Origin: Tubulanus polymorphus
Taxonomy: Eukaryota; Animalia; Nemertea
Direction: 5' to 3'
DNA: 64,000 nt
Assembly (NCBI RefSeq): GCF_964204645.1
Contig: NC_134030.1
Span: 665,355-729,354, forward strand
Each line of letters starts with the position of its first letter. The stretch's first letter is position 1. Of the stretch, positions 1 through 14,522 are shown one piece after another. The notes below the pieces were generated by a model that made no database searches, was not told where the DNA came from, and worked only from the letters and a program-made list of their open reading frames with translations. A program made the position numbers and the translations under genes.

Positions 1-620
1 TGACTTCTACGATGATGAGACTTAATCGAATTTGAATTTATTCCTAATTAGCATAATTTATACATAACAGCTACTACCCTCTATTTTCAAATTACAAATT
101 GAAATAAGCGTGATTTATTAGAAAATAGTTATCACTTACCGGTGTAGAAGAACCGCTCGGCGGCGTTGTTGGTAAAAACTGAAAATACAATCAAAGACAA
201 TGTTAAAAACCTGATCTGATTTGTATAGTGTAAGTAAATGGTTTTGGGGTCGGACCAAATTTCTGTAAATGTGAGTGAAATCAATCGAAGTTTGTCCGAA
301 CTGGTTTTTCAGTTTTTCTCCACTCGTCTATAACGGGCTATCAATCAATATGGTCGAAAGTGCAGAATGTTCCAGCTGATAAAAACTGGGTTCCAAAATA
401 ATCAGCCCTTTGCATGTGATGATGCGAACGATCAGGCTGGGTGCACCCTGGTATAGATTTGACGATGCAGTAATGTATGACGGACATTACCTGTCAGTAG
501 CAGAAGCAGGGTTTAATATTCTATATATATAAATTTCGGTTTCAAGCTCAAGAATGATGACTTCAAACAGGCGTTTACGATAACTTACGTCTATTCCGGA
601 CATAGAAATATTAAATTTTG

Positions 621-621
621 G

Positions 622-665
<44 letters not shown>

Positions 666-666
666 G
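621..666. repeat. (GTT)n microsatellite; reads as poly-Gln within a minus-strand micro-exon
   Basis: About 15 GTT units; the plus-strand paralogue at 16010-16075 carries (CAA)n. Confidence 0.9.
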
Positions 667-866
667 CTGCGCTGTACCCTATAAAAGAGAAAACATATTC
701 ATACAATGACAAGAAATAGGACAGACGCGAAATCAGAGTTTATCTAACAGTTTATCTCCAGGACGGATGTGGCTGTGAAATCAAACAGTTTATCTCTAGG
801 ATGGACACGTCTGTTAACTGTTGCCACTGGTTACCTCGAAAAAACCGTTCCTGATATAACTAAATA

Positions 867-1419
867 GTTTCCATAGCAACCAGACGAGGTCAAACAATGC
901 AAATTGAGAGATAATAAGGTAATGGATTCGAGGGGGCAGCAGACTACAGTAGACTCGGCCACCCTACTCGGTACCCGGTTGAAATTGCATACACATTTTC
1001 TGATCCTTAACGTAAAAATCCTAAAATTTTAAAAAGTTGGTATTCGGTTAATTAATGGTCCAAATAGAACAGAGTTAAGCGGAGTCTGCTGTATCATCAT
1101 TTTGATATTGATGCCTATAATTTTAGAGAATGTCGATATTTAATGGAACAATACATTTAGCCGATCCAGAAAAATTTCATAAACGTAATTCTAACCATTT
1201 CTTCCTTTTTTTTCATTTTATTTTTTTTTTTCATTAGTGGTGAGACGAAAATGACGTCATCGACTCACTACCATCTTACGTCATGAAGCTCAAAAATAGG
1301 ATAAATGTTCTCATGTATCGCCATGGGAACGTTGGGACCCATAATTGGTGCCACTACCTAAACGTTACTGTTGCCATGGATACCACAAAGAAACTTAAAT
1401 AAATAGTTTCCATAGCGAC
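867..1419. promoter_or_regulatory. Cluster of RFX X-box-like motifs
   Basis: GTTTCCATAGCAAC at 867-880, GTTGCCATGGATAC at 1370-1383 and GTTTCCATAGCGAC at 1406-1419 match the X-box consensus GTTNCCAT(A/G)GNAAC. Confidence 0.5.
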
Positions 1420-1670
1420 CAGACAATGTTAAACAATGCAAATTTAGAATGGAGAGAAATGAGGCTATGGGTTGGGCAACAACTAGCAGCGCATACAGTA
1501 ACTAATCACGATTCAATACAATATTTTTATTCTTATATCTTTACTTTTAGAGAATATCGATATTTTACTAAACGATGCATTGAGCAGAAATCCAGAGAGA
1601 TCCAGAAATATTTCACCAACGTTATATTCAATATTTTTTTTTCTTTTTTTTCATTCTAGATGCAATTCAG

Positions 1671-1777
1671 GGCCTAGTTTCACAAACAGGTTTAACTCTT
1701 AAATCGATTTAATTTCTTCATTAATTCAGTTTATCTTAAATCGATTAAGGCGTTTATCCTTTTTGTGAAACTGGACC
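1671..1777. mobile_element. PIF/Harbinger-type MITE
   Basis: Imperfect TIR GGCCTAGTTTCACAAA / TTTGTGAAACTGGACC with CAG on both flanks; a truncated inverted copy lies at about 12685-12727. Confidence 0.6.
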
Positions 1778-1974
1778 CAGGGGTACAAAATACTAAGTAT
1801 GGGATGAATAAATTAGCATGGAAGCAGTAAATTTGTACTTACTTTATTATACGGGCTTGAATGTGAGGGGCCCGCACCCCGTGTTTTTTTTACAGCTTTT
1901 GGCATCTAGAAAAACAAGTAAAAATATTAAATCATTTGAAAATATATCAGTCAGTCTTATTCTGGTTCAGTGAA

Positions 1975-3070
1975 CTAATTCTCTATATGGTGCATGTAGG
2001 GGTCCAGGGACACCACATCCACTAATTCTCTATATGGTGCATGTAGGGGTCCAGGGACACCACATCCACTAATTCTCTATATGGTGCATGTAGGGGTCCA
2101 GGGACACCACATCCACTAATTCTCTATATGATGCATGTAGGGGTCCAGGGACACCACATCCACTAATTCTCTATATGATGCATGTAGGGGTCCAGGGACA
2201 CCACATCCACTAATTCTCTATATGGTGCATGTAGGGGTCCAGGGACACCACATCCACTAATTCTCTATATGGTGCATGTAGGGGTCCAGGGACACCACAT
2301 CCACTAATTCTCTATATGGTGCATGTAGGGGTCCAGGGACACCACATCCACTAATTCTCTATATGGTGCATGTAGGGGTCCAGGGACACCACATCCACTA
2401 ATTCTCTATATGGTGCATGTAGGGGTCCAGGGACACCACATCCACTAATTCTCTATATGGTGCATGTAGGGGTCCAGGGACACCACATCCACTAATTCTC
2501 TATATGGTGCATGTAGGGGTCCAGGGACACCACATCCACTAATTCTCTATATGGTACATGTAGGGGTCCAGGGACACCACATCCACTAATTCTCTATATG
2601 GTGCATGTAGGGGTCCAGGGACACCACATCCACTAATTCTCTATATGATGCATGTAGGGGTCCAGGGACACCACATCCACTAATTCTCTATATGGTGCAT
2701 GTAGGGGTCCAGGGACACCACATCCACTAATTCTCTATATGGTGCATGTAGGGGTCCAGGGACACCACATCCACTAATTCTCTATATGGTGCATGTAGGG
2801 GTCCAGGGACACCACATCCACTAATTCTCAATATGGTGCATGTAGGGGTCCAGGGACACCACATCCACTAATTCTCTATATGGTACATGTAGGGGTCCAG
2901 GGACACCACATCCACTAATTCTCTATATGGTGCATGTAGGGGTCCAGGGACACCACATCCACTAATTCTCTATATGGTGCATGTAGGGGTCCAGGGACAC
3001 CACATCCACTAATTCTCTATATGGTGCATGTAGGGGTCCAGGGACACCACATCCACTAATTCTCTATATG
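1975..3070. repeat. 47-bp minisatellite, about 23 copies
   Basis: Unit CTAATTCTCTATATGGTGCATGTAGGGGTCCAGGGACACCACATCCA, highly homogeneous. Confidence 0.97.
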
Positions 3071-3127
3071 AAACTTGAAGGCAACTGGGATTGCAAATCT
3101 TGATATGATGATTGACAAAAACACAAA

Positions 3128-3546
3128 GACAGCGATCTAACCCAAAAACAGCGATCTTACACAAAAACAGCGATCTTACACAAAATAGCGATCTAACCTA
3201 AAAACACCAATCTAACACAAAAACAGCTTTCTAACCCAAAAACAGCGACCTAACAAAAAACTGCGATCTAACCTAAAACAGCGATCCAACCTAAAACAGC
3301 GATCTAACAAAAAACTGCGATCTAACAGAAAAACAGTGTTCTAACCCAAAAACTGCAATCTAACCTAAACACTGCGGTCTAACCCAAAAACAGCGATCTA
3401 ACACAAAAACTGTGATCTAACACAAAAAGTGATCTAACACAAAACAGCAATCTAACCAAAAACGGTGATCTAACCTCAAAACAGCGATCTAACCTAAAAA
3501 CTGCGATCTTACCTAAAAACTGCGATCTTACCCAAAAACAGCGATT
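3128..3546. repeat. Degenerate 19-21-bp tandem repeat
   Basis: Unit approximately ACAGCGATCTAACCCAAAA. Confidence 0.9.
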
Positions 3547-4234
3547 GAAAAGGTGATTTCATATTCACATTTTGATTATCTATAATATCGTGAAATGATG
3601 AATTCATTAATTTGATTCAATTGAATTAATTTTTAAGTCGGCATTTTAGACAAAATGAAAATCAAACATCTCCATCCTAAATTCTTCTTAATTTTAATTT
3701 TGGTTGAGAAAACCAATTGATTTCAGTGATTTATATCTTCAAATTCCAAATAAGAAAATCAACTCTGCCATTGGGCCGCAATCGAAGTCCGGATCCGTCG
3801 TTTAGCATTCGTGTTTTTCAAAAATTCAAACGTTTCGAATCACTATGATCATCAAAAATTGTTTTTGAATCGAATCCATGATGAGTCAATAGTTAGGTAA
3901 CTATTGCTGGATTTAAAAACAGTCAGTTTGAGGTAGGTTGATGATGTTTGAAGGGCTGAAATGGACGCTCAATACCTCGGTCTCTAAATAAGGGATAAAA
4001 ATTAACCTTATATGTGCACTTTCGAGCTAAACTACTATGACACCTAATCATTGTCTACAAGAGCTGTGCTAAAGTAATCATTTAAAGTCAATCGATCATT
4101 TATAGAGGCCTTAGTTTTGAGTTTTTTTACACTACAATTTTTGATCAAAGATGTAAAATATACTTACGTCGTAATGTCTGTGAAACGAATGATTCGATCA
4201 GCTGACAGCTGGTCATCGTTCAGTAAACCGCACT

Positions 4235-4335
4235 GACCTCAACCAATCAACACGCGGCTTAATACATTTAACATTCAAACTACTTGTATGCAAATCACAA
4301 ACGCGGAAGTAAGTGGACCGGAAGAAAGTGGCGAA
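4235..4335 (+). promoter_or_regulatory. Possible Pol II promoter (CCAAT box plus two ETS-like sites, CpG-enriched)
   Basis: AACCAATCA near 4241, GCGGAAGT near 4303 and ACCGGAAG near 4317. Confidence 0.3.
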
Positions 4336-7300
4336 CGATTCTACGGATCAGTCTTCTGAACCGACGGCATCACATAAATCAGTTTTCACCTATTCTAAAA
4401 CCGGTATTAGATTTTATCAGATTTACTATTAATACTTTGGTTAATATGGCTGTCATTTTAATAAGATAATTCAAAATTCAAAGTAAAATGAATATCTCCG
4501 TTCATAATTTTTCAGAAATGATTTTTCATCGTAGACTGGTTGCCCGTTCATTCCCGCGCAATGAACATTGTCAGTTAGACTGGTTACCGGGCTCTATCAG
4601 GCTACTGAATTGACGACTTCGCACATCGGTTTTCACTAATGCAAATTGTTGAGCTTTGGCAGATTTATCTTATGAAGATAATAAAAATTTTGTAGTCAAT
4701 ATGAGAAAATATTTCAGAATCTGATATGAAATGAATATTTCCGTCAACCATATTTCAGTAATGGTTTTTCAATGTAGACGGATCGTGAGGTGGCTAGACT
4801 GGTTACCGGTCTCTATGGGACAAGCAACCAGTCTATGCTCCGACTCACCTACCAGTGTATGGAATACCTCCACTCCGGCGTTCGATTGCCAGGGCACGGA
4901 ATCTTGCCCGCATTTATACAATTCTTTTCATGCACGCCGCGCTTTATTATGCAAGTTATTAGATGTTGTATGCTGTAGTACAGTGAACTCTGAAGGTTTA
5001 GTTTGGGCTATTCACGCGATCACGCCCCGCCAAAGAGTTATCCCTGCAGACTAATCATCGTAAACCAGAGAAGCGTTCCGGTATCCATTTTTGAGGATAC
5101 ATCTTCACGTGTCGGGGTTTGATTGCCTCCCACCGATCCAAGCCAACACGAACCCTGCGGCTAGTGCAGATCACTCTTTGGTCTTCTGTTCTTCGGCCTC
5201 GTCGAACTGAATTCAGTTTGTCCGGATTTCTAATAGTGACGCATGCAAGAAGTGAGGAAAAGAGGCATCCGAAAACTCCATAGACTCCTGAAGTTAAAGA
5301 CATAGGGTTCAGTTAATGCCTTTCTACTTGATGTTTCTAGAAGATACGGAAAGGACCAAAACTCAAAATCCCCACTAAAACAGGGATGTATTTAATATGG
5401 TTTCATCGTTTCATCATTTGAAGTGAACGTAAACAGCTTGAAAATAAAAACTACCACGAAAATATATCTTAAACTAAATTCAATTTCAACACGATTATTT
5501 GTTTACATCAATTTCACCCAGCGGCGTTTGTTATCGAACTGTGACTGAGTTTATATTCATTATCAGATCTGAAATAGTTCCCGTTATAGCTGCACAGAAA
5601 AACGAGTCTATCATGATGTTCCAACTACTCAACTACTGTGGCATGCGAGTAATAAATTCACTTTTCCGATACATATCGATTAAGGGGCAGCACTAGACGG
5701 TTCAAGATTTTAGACAGCTCGCTATGATTCTACTCTGGCAAGCGAGCTATAAGTTAGTTCACAGATTTACCGCTATTGATTTGTTTAGGGGCAGCACCTG
5801 ACGGTTAAGACATTGAAGAGCTCTGTATCTTGCTGTGGCACGCGAGATTCAGCTCCCTGGGTCCAGTTCTACAGTTCAGAGTCGATTCATTTTCAATGGG
5901 TCGACAGAGAACTAGATCGCTCACAACTTGAAAAGAAATATATACTAGTTATTGATGACAAATTCGAAAATTCCCAAAAAATAAGTCATACAAATTAAGT
6001 AGTTCAATGAATTAATTATATATGCAAAATTTTCAATGAATCCCATCACATATCTTCACTTTTATCTTTTTCTGATGATCTGGGCTCAATTGCACAGTGG
6101 TGACCTATATAATAATACTGTTCCATCCTATAGCTGTTGGAATCGCTAGTGAACTTATGGTCTCAGATAAGACTGGTGATCTTAAATCGAAGACTTGGCA
6201 CTCCGACCATTTTCTGAGGATCCGGTTGTTAAAAACTCTCGCATTAAAACAGTCTGAGGAGGAACTTGTATAGAAGAGGAATTCCACGAAGAAATTTCCA
6301 CCAGAGAAAGCTGAGAAAACCAAAATATTTTTTAAAAAACTTGACAATGACCAAGTAATATATATATATATGACAAACTAGTTTTATTAGAAGGCTTGTT
6401 GGCCGTTTGAAGTTGAATCATATGTTTTTTTAGAAACATCAATATATTAGAAAACATTTTTTCTAACATGGCAAAGTATAAAAAACATGATCTTTGAATT
6501 GTTCAACACTTGTTACAACACTTGTATAAACAGGCTCAAAGTTTTCTGAGCTAAAAACTCCCCATAACTGAATGTTTCAATAGCACACAAGTTATTCAAT
6601 TTTTTACAATTTTTGATACAAAAAATGATAACATTTGAATTTTGATTTATCCCAGAAATCAAAATTTAACATAAATTTCTCAATAAAAGGACAATAATGT
6701 AGTCACTGTAGTTACATTGATTATAATGTTGACGACTTGTGATTAAACCAAATTACGTTATCTGAAGTAAACTGAATACTAATTGAGACTTCAAAATAGA
6801 GATGACTTCAATAATGTGACGACTTATCCAAATGATGACTTACACACTTAGTGAATTGAATTAGAAATACAAATTGAGACTAAAAAATAGAGATGACTTC
6901 AGTAATGTTTTTTTTTTCTATATCTCGTTCGTATGATGATCACCTAGAGTCGAATACAGGAATTCGGAATGGAGAATAAGTGCGCATTAATCATCCAACT
7001 CTTTCTTCCCTTCTCTTTCTTCCCTTCCCTTCTCTTTCTTCCCTTCCCTTCTCTTTCTTCCCTTCCTTTCTCTTTCTTCCCTTCCTTTCTTGTTTACGTT
7101 TCCCTGAAAATACATTATATATTTCACATGTATGATTAAAATTGAATATATAAATGCTGCAATGAAAGATAATGAGAATTGCATAAACATGAAGAATTCA
7201 TTTCAATCTGAAATAATAAACCCCTAAAATTAATTTAGGAATTATTTTATGAAACTGATCACTGATTCATAAAAATGTTAATTCTTAATTTAATCTTTTA

Positions 7301-10300
7301 TTTTTATTTTTGAATCAGGGCCCAGGGATGAGTGTTTAGCGTTTGTAGGTTTTCTACCTGTGAGTAGTGGATGTACATTCACTCCGATGGATAAAATGGG
7401 GATCTTAAAGTATATCTCTGTTCATGCAGATTTCATCCGTCTCAATGCACATTTCGTCCCAGTCTCAATGCAGATTTTCATGAACCATTTCCGGCGTGAA
7501 ACTGAAATTAGAATAATGAAATTTCAGATGAAGAAGTTAAACGATTAAAAGAACAACTATAGCATAACAGACACTATCTGCAAAACATGTAAACCAGATA
7601 AAATAGCAGCAGCGGTTAGCTGCTAGGCAGTGGGGATCAAAGGTAATCAGGAGGAAAGGGAAGGGATATGTAGGAAGCAGGCGAGGGGGATGTTGGTTAA
7701 AGAGACATTCTTAACCATTAAAGAAACACTCTGAGTCCATGTTCTGACGATATATAGAGAATCAAATGCTAATAATACAAGAAAGAATGACCTGAAAAAG
7801 TTTCTGAAAAGTTACCTTGTAGCTAATGATATATCGATAGTTCTCTTTTGAAAGATGGTGGGAAACCAAGAGAAACCGAAAAGTACCAGTTGCGGTCGTC
7901 GTGGCTCCGCAGGGAGGAGGAGCAAGAGTGGTCCCGGCGGATGGTGCGGCTGACGAAGGTAATCGGGAGGAAGGGGAGGGGATAAATAGGAAGCGGCCGA
8001 GGAGGGATGGTGGTGGGGCTGGAGATGGTGCGGGTCCTGCTCCTCCTGCTCCTCCATCCGTATCTTGGGCGGTCACTCGTCAAAAAGCTGGCGAGTGATC
8101 GAGTGGCCCGAGAGGTAGAGGTGGTGGCCCGGCATACTGATGGAGAGTGGAGGGTGCCACTTCGTTCGGGGACAATTCCGGATTTGTTAACTGATCTAAA
8201 GAATATTCTTTCAGTGAAGGGATATGCCTTGAACGCATGAGACGTTCATGTGCGCCTACTATGCCTTCACTGAAAAAAATTTAAATATAACATATACCCA
8301 AATGAATAACACACAACAGTTTCAACAACATTCTACACTTTTTAGTTTGTTCTTAGCAAGATATTTTACAAGTGAATCTACCAATGATTTATCTGATCCG
8401 CAGTTGTGTGCTTTAGTTGCACTTGGACTCAGTTGCGCGCATTTAGATTAGCCTCGGGATCCAGTTCCATGAGTTTAATAGTGAAGGACTCACATAGGTG
8501 TATTATACGCACATAGGTGTATTATACTAAATACTTATTGTTCATTTTTTTCTCTTTACAGACACGACCACCGCCAAAAAAAACTCGCACGAAAAGGAAA
8601 AGAAAAGTTGCGGTCGTCGTGGCTCCTCAGGGAGGGGAGGCAAGAGTTGCCCCTGCGGATGGCGCAGCTGATCAAGGCAATCAGGAGGAAGGGGTAAGAA
8701 TTAATAGGAAGAGGCCGAGGAGGGATGGTGGTGGGGCTGGGGATGGTGCGGGTCCTGCTCCTCCATCCGTATCTCGGGCGGTCACTCGTTCACTCGCCCA
8801 AAAAGCTGGCGAGTGATCGAGTTGCCCGAGTGGTAGAGGTGGTGGCCCGGCATACTGATGGAGAGTGGAGGGAGCCACTTCGTTCGGGGACAATTCCGGA
8901 TTTGTTTTGATGTGCCTAATATGCCTTTACTGTAAAAGAATTTTAACATATACCAATGAATAAACGCATGACAGTTTCTAGTTTTTGATCATCTAAAATG
9001 TACAAAAGAGAAGCCAATCAGCGAATCAGAGAAAGTAGACCTCAGCAGTGAGGGGAACAAGTCAGAGCTCCGCTCTCGGTTCTACAGAGCTTTTGAAAAT
9101 ATAATGTCAAAACCTTTTGGGCAGAGGCTGCTTGTGAGCCGACTGTTCCTGGATTGATAGAGCTCCCTCTACATGCATGCTTAAACCACCAGCAAATCAA
9201 AACAAACAAACCACAACAAACATGGAAAAGTGGTTCAGAGAATAAATCCGAGTAATGAGGATCAAGGAAGTTATGGTGGGACAGGAAGACACTGAGTGAT
9301 TCATGAATGTGTCTACCTACATGCAACTACTTTGTTCTTGAATTCCTGAAGAAAAAAATCAAGACAACCAACAAACTCAAGACTGACCCATAGCTGCTGC
9401 TGCTGAAATAACCAACAAACTCAAGACTGACCCATAGCTGCTGCTGCTGAAATAACCAACAAACTCAAGACTGACCCATAGCTGCTGCTGCTGAAACAAC
9501 CAACAAACTCAAGACTGACCCATAGCTGCTGCAACAACCAACAAACTCAAGACTGACCCAGCTGCTGCAACAATCAACAAACTCAAGACAGACCCATAGC
9601 TGCTGCAACAACCAACAAACTCAAGACAGACCTACCCATAGTTGCTGCCACAAACAAAGAAAACAATGCCAAAAGCCATGAAAAAATGTGGGGCGCCGGC
9701 CTGTATGCTGGTAACTACAAATTTACTCTTTTCATGCTAATTTATTCATACTATGCTTAAGAATAAGTGTAAGAAAGTACTGAACTGTATGACTGACTTA
9801 ATTATAAAATGTATTTTCAAATGATTAAATAGTTATACATATTTTACTAGATACCAATAAGGCAGGTTTCAAGCCAATACAATCTGGGAGAGATGTTAAG
9901 CATTAACCATTCAAGTATGCTAAAAGCAAACAAAACACATGGGACGCCAGCCCATCCACATTACGAATTATGCCAAAAGCCATCAGAAAAACCTCGGGCG
10001 CGGGCCCCTCAACGTCAAGCCCTTACGCTAATAGAACACAACAACAACAACAACAACAACAACAACGACCTTTTGATGTCAAATCTATACCAGGGTGCAC
10101 CCAGGCAGATCGTTCACATCATCACATGCAAAGGGCTGATTATTTTGGAACCCAGTTTTTATCAGCTGGAACATTCTGCACATTCGACCATATTGATTGA
10201 TAGCCCGTTATAGACGAGTGGAGAAAAACTGAAAAACCAGTTCGGACAAACTTCGATTGATTTCTTGTTTCTTGTTCAATAGTGACATATTGCAATAGAA

Positions 10301-12061
10301 AACGTGAAGCAGTGAACAGTAGAACTACAACCGTTTATTATAGTCAAAGTGGCTCCATCTGAAATGTTACCTCATGGTAAACAAAAGGGAATTTCAATGA
10401 GTTTAACTCACATTTACAGAGTTTTAACGAGGTTAGACTGAATTAACCATTATTCCATCAATGGTGTGTTCTGTCCATCAAGGCTCCTCAGACGCACCGA
10501 GCAGTCAAATGCAGCAGTAGCGCGAGGGTCGGGTGTTCTCGTGTGGGCAGACGGTCCGAACCCCAAAACCATTTACTTACACTATACAAATCAGATCAGG
10601 TTTTTAACATTGTCTTTGATTGTATTTTCAGTTTTTGCCAAAAACGCCGCCCAGCGGGGTTTCGACACCGGTTTATCGCCTACTACGCCGGTAAGTGTCC
10701 ATCAAGGCTCCTCAGACGCACCGAGCAGTCATATGCAGCAGTAGCGCGAGGGTCGGGTGTTCTCGTGTGGGCAGACGGTCCGAACCCCAAAACCATTCAC
10801 TTACACTATACAAATCAGATCAGGATTTTAACATTGTCTTCGATTGTATTTTCAGTTTTTGCCGACAACGCCGTCCAGCGGTTTACCGCCACTGCCACCA
10901 GTTTACCGCCTACTACGCCGGTAAGTGATAACTTTTTTCTAATAAATCACGCTTATTTCAATTTGTAATTTGAAAATAGAGGGTAGTAGCTGTTTTGCAT
11001 AAATTACGCTAATTAGGAATAAATTCAAATTCGATTAAGTATCATCATCGTAGAAGTAATATATCAATGATGCCATCTCTACAGTTGTCATTTCCATTCA
11101 TGAATATCCATCTAATAATTTGTTTTATTTTTACAGGTTTTTTCACCAATCCAGCACGACAGCGATATCTATTTCAAGTTCAAACTAATTAATTTTTTTT
11201 ATCTCACTTGGGACTATAGTTATTGCGTTCACTTTTCATCCGTCCGTAGACGAAATCCAGTTTGCATTAATTATGCTAATTATTCACTGTCACGTCACAC
11301 AATCCTTACACAAATATAAGTAATAAATACATATATAAGACTGATACACGTAACAAAGAGTTCAGCAGGTGCCGTGTGATATCGTTAAACCAATTATTGG
11401 TTAAACGACAAAGTTTGGAATCTCTGGATGCTCAAACAGTAAATCTCATCAGGAAATCATAGATAACGAATAATTGTACAATTTAACTGCTGAATAAAAA
11501 TAATTTCAATTACTGAAGTTACATTGAAATCATACTTCAGTAAAATCAGGCGCCCCCTGTTGGAATGATATTCATAGCCGTAGCATCGAAACCATTCGAC
11601 TTGTTGTTTAATGTATTTCTCTCTATTTTTATTTTACAGTGATGAACATATTAGACGAATGTCCGTTCGAGGATTTGGTGGGGGAATTCAAAAGAAACTT
11701 GGTTCCCGATAGGATACCACCACCGCTTAATCCTTTGTCGCCCGCTGCTGCCCCTCCCCCACGCCCAATAAATTCGCCTCAGCAGCGGCCTGTCAGACAG
11801 CCGCCCCCGGGTGCCAAAAGATGGTCAGAAAGAGTCCGTGGGCGGCTGTTTGAAGGAGATCTGACGGAGGTAAGAATCTTTATTTGTTTTCATATTTCAT
11901 TAAACTAAGATGATTTAAACTGTAGCTAAGAAAATCTTATTTGGATTGAAATCATTGATTATGCACTTGTGAATTACAGTTTTCAATCTGTAATTAGTCA
12001 GAATTCAGGATATCAGTTGATTTTCAGCAAGAAGGGTGAAAGCGCCCGGGCCCAACAACTA

Positions 12062-12487
12062 AGTGGATGTGGTGTCCCTGGACCCCTACATGCACCATAT
12101 AGAGAATTAGTGGATGTGGTGTTCCTGGACCCCTACATGCACCATATAGAGAATTAGTGGATGTGGTGTCCCTGGACCCCTACATGCATCATATAGAGAA
12201 TTAGTGGATGTGGTGTCCCTGGACCCCTACATGCACCATATAGAGAATTAGTGGATGTGGTGTCCCTGGACCCCTACATGCACCATATAGAGAATTAGTG
12301 GATGTGGTGTCCCTGGACCCCTACATGCACCATATAGAGAATTAGTGGATGTGGTGTCCCTGGACCCCTACATGCATCATATAGAGAATTAGTGGATGTG
12401 GTGTTCCTGGACCCCTACATGTACCATATAGAGAATTAGTGGATGTGGTGTTCCTGGACCCCTACATGCACCATATAAAGAATTAGT
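12062..12487. repeat. Same 47-bp minisatellite in inverted orientation, about 9 copies (about 2 more at 19661-19771)
   Basis: Reverse complement of the 1975-3070 unit with the same flanking sequence. Confidence 0.95.
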
Positions 12488-14522
12488 TCACTGAACCAGA
12501 ATAAGACTGACTGATATATTTTCAAATGATTTAATATTTTTACTTGTTTTTCTAGAAGATGCCTAAAGCTGTAAAAAAAACACGGGGCGCGGGGCCCTCA
12601 ACATCGAGCCCCTATAATAAAGTAAGTACAAATTTACTGCTTCCATGCTTATTTATTCATCCCATACTTAGTATTTTGTACCCCTGGGTCCAGTTTCACA
12701 AAAAGGATTAACGCCTAAATCGATTTAATATTTTTACTTGTTTTTCTAGATTATGCCTAAAGCAATGAAAAAAAACACAGGGCGCGGGTCCAAGTACATC
12801 AAGCCCGTATGCAAAAAGAACCGAACAACAACAACAACAACAACAACAACGGTTCAATATTTCTATGTCCGGAATTGAGTTTTTGCCAAAAACGCCTGTT
12901 TGAAGTCATCATTCTTGAGCTTGAAACTGAAATTTATATATATAGAATATTAAACCCTGCTTCTGCTACTGACAGGTAATGTCCGTCATACATTACTGCA
13001 TCGTCAAATCTATACCAGGGTGCACCCAGGCAGATCGTTCGCATCATCACATGCAAAGGGCTGATTATTTTGGAACCCAGTTTTTATCAGCTGGAACATT
13101 CTGCACTTTCGACCATATTGATTGATAGCCCGTTATAGACGAGTGGAGAAAAACTGAAAAACCAGTTCGGACAAACTTCGATTGATTTGACTCACATTTA
13201 CAGAAATTTGGTCCGACCCCAAAACCATTTACTTACACTATACAAATAAGATCAGGTTTTTAACATTGTCTTTGATTGTATTTTCAGTTTTTGCCAAAAA
13301 CGCCACCCAGTGGTGTTTCTACGCCGGTAAGTGATAACTATTTTCTAATAAATCAGGCTTATTTCAATTTGTAATTTGAAAATAGAGGGTAGTAGCTGTT
13401 TTGCATAAATTATGCTAATTAGGAATAAATTCAAATTCGATTAAGTCTCATCATCGTAGAAGTAATATATCAATGATGCTATCTCTACAGTTGTCATTTC
13501 CATTCATGAATATCCATCTAATAATTTGTTTTATTTTATTTTTACAGGTTTTTTCACCAATCCAGCACGACAGCTATATCTATTTCAAGTTCAAACTAAT
13601 TAATTTTTTTAATCTCACTTGGGACTATAGTTATTGCGTTCACTTTTCATCCGTCCGTAGACGAAATCCAGTTTGCATTAATTATGCTAATTATTCACTG
13701 TCACGTCACACAATCCTTACACAAATATAAGTAATAAATACATATATAAGACTGATACACGTAACAAAGAGTTCAGCAGGTGCCGTGTGATATCGTTAAA
13801 CCAATTATTGGTAAAACGACAAAGTTTGGAATCTCTGGATGCTCAAACAGTAAATCTCATCAGGAAATCATAGATAACGAATAATTGTGCAATTTAACTG
13901 CTGAATAAAAATAATTTCAATTACTGAAGTTACATTGAAATCATACTTCAGTAAAATCAGGCGCCCCCTGTTGGAATAATATTCATAGCCGTAGCATCGA
14001 AACCATTCGACTTGTTGTTTAATGTATTTCTCTCTATTTTTATTTTACAGTGATGAACATATTAGACGAATGTCCGTTTGGGGACTTGGTGAGGGAATTC
14101 AAAAGAAACTTGGTTCCCGATAGGATACCACCACCGGTTAATCCTTTGTCGCCCGCTGCTGCCCCTCCCCCACGTCCAATAAAAATGCCTCAGCAGCGGC
14201 CTATCAGACAGCCGCCCCCGGGTGCCAAAAGATGGTCAGAAAGAGTCCGTGGTAAACAAAAGGGAATTTCAATGAGCGAGGGCACCCTCACGTCCAGTAC
14301 AAACGATGGTGCTAGTACAAATTTACTGCGTCCATGCTAATTTATTCATACCAAATCAAAACAAACAAACCACAACAAACATGGAAAAGTGGTTCAGAGA
14401 ATAAATCCGAGTAATGAGGATCAAGGAAGTTATGGTGGGACAGGAAGACACTGAGTGATTCATGAATGTGTCTACCTACATGCGACTACTTTGTTCTTGA
14501 ATTCCTATAGAAAAAAATCAAG

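Noticed and set aside
1975-3070. Regular repeat array resembling a CRISPR
   Set aside because: Units are head-to-tail with no unique spacers, there are no cas genes, and the context is eukaryotic.
11548-11563. CTCF-like motif GCGCCCCCTGTTGG (also at 13961)
   Set aside because: A single short match copied by duplication; it cannot be supported without ChIP data.
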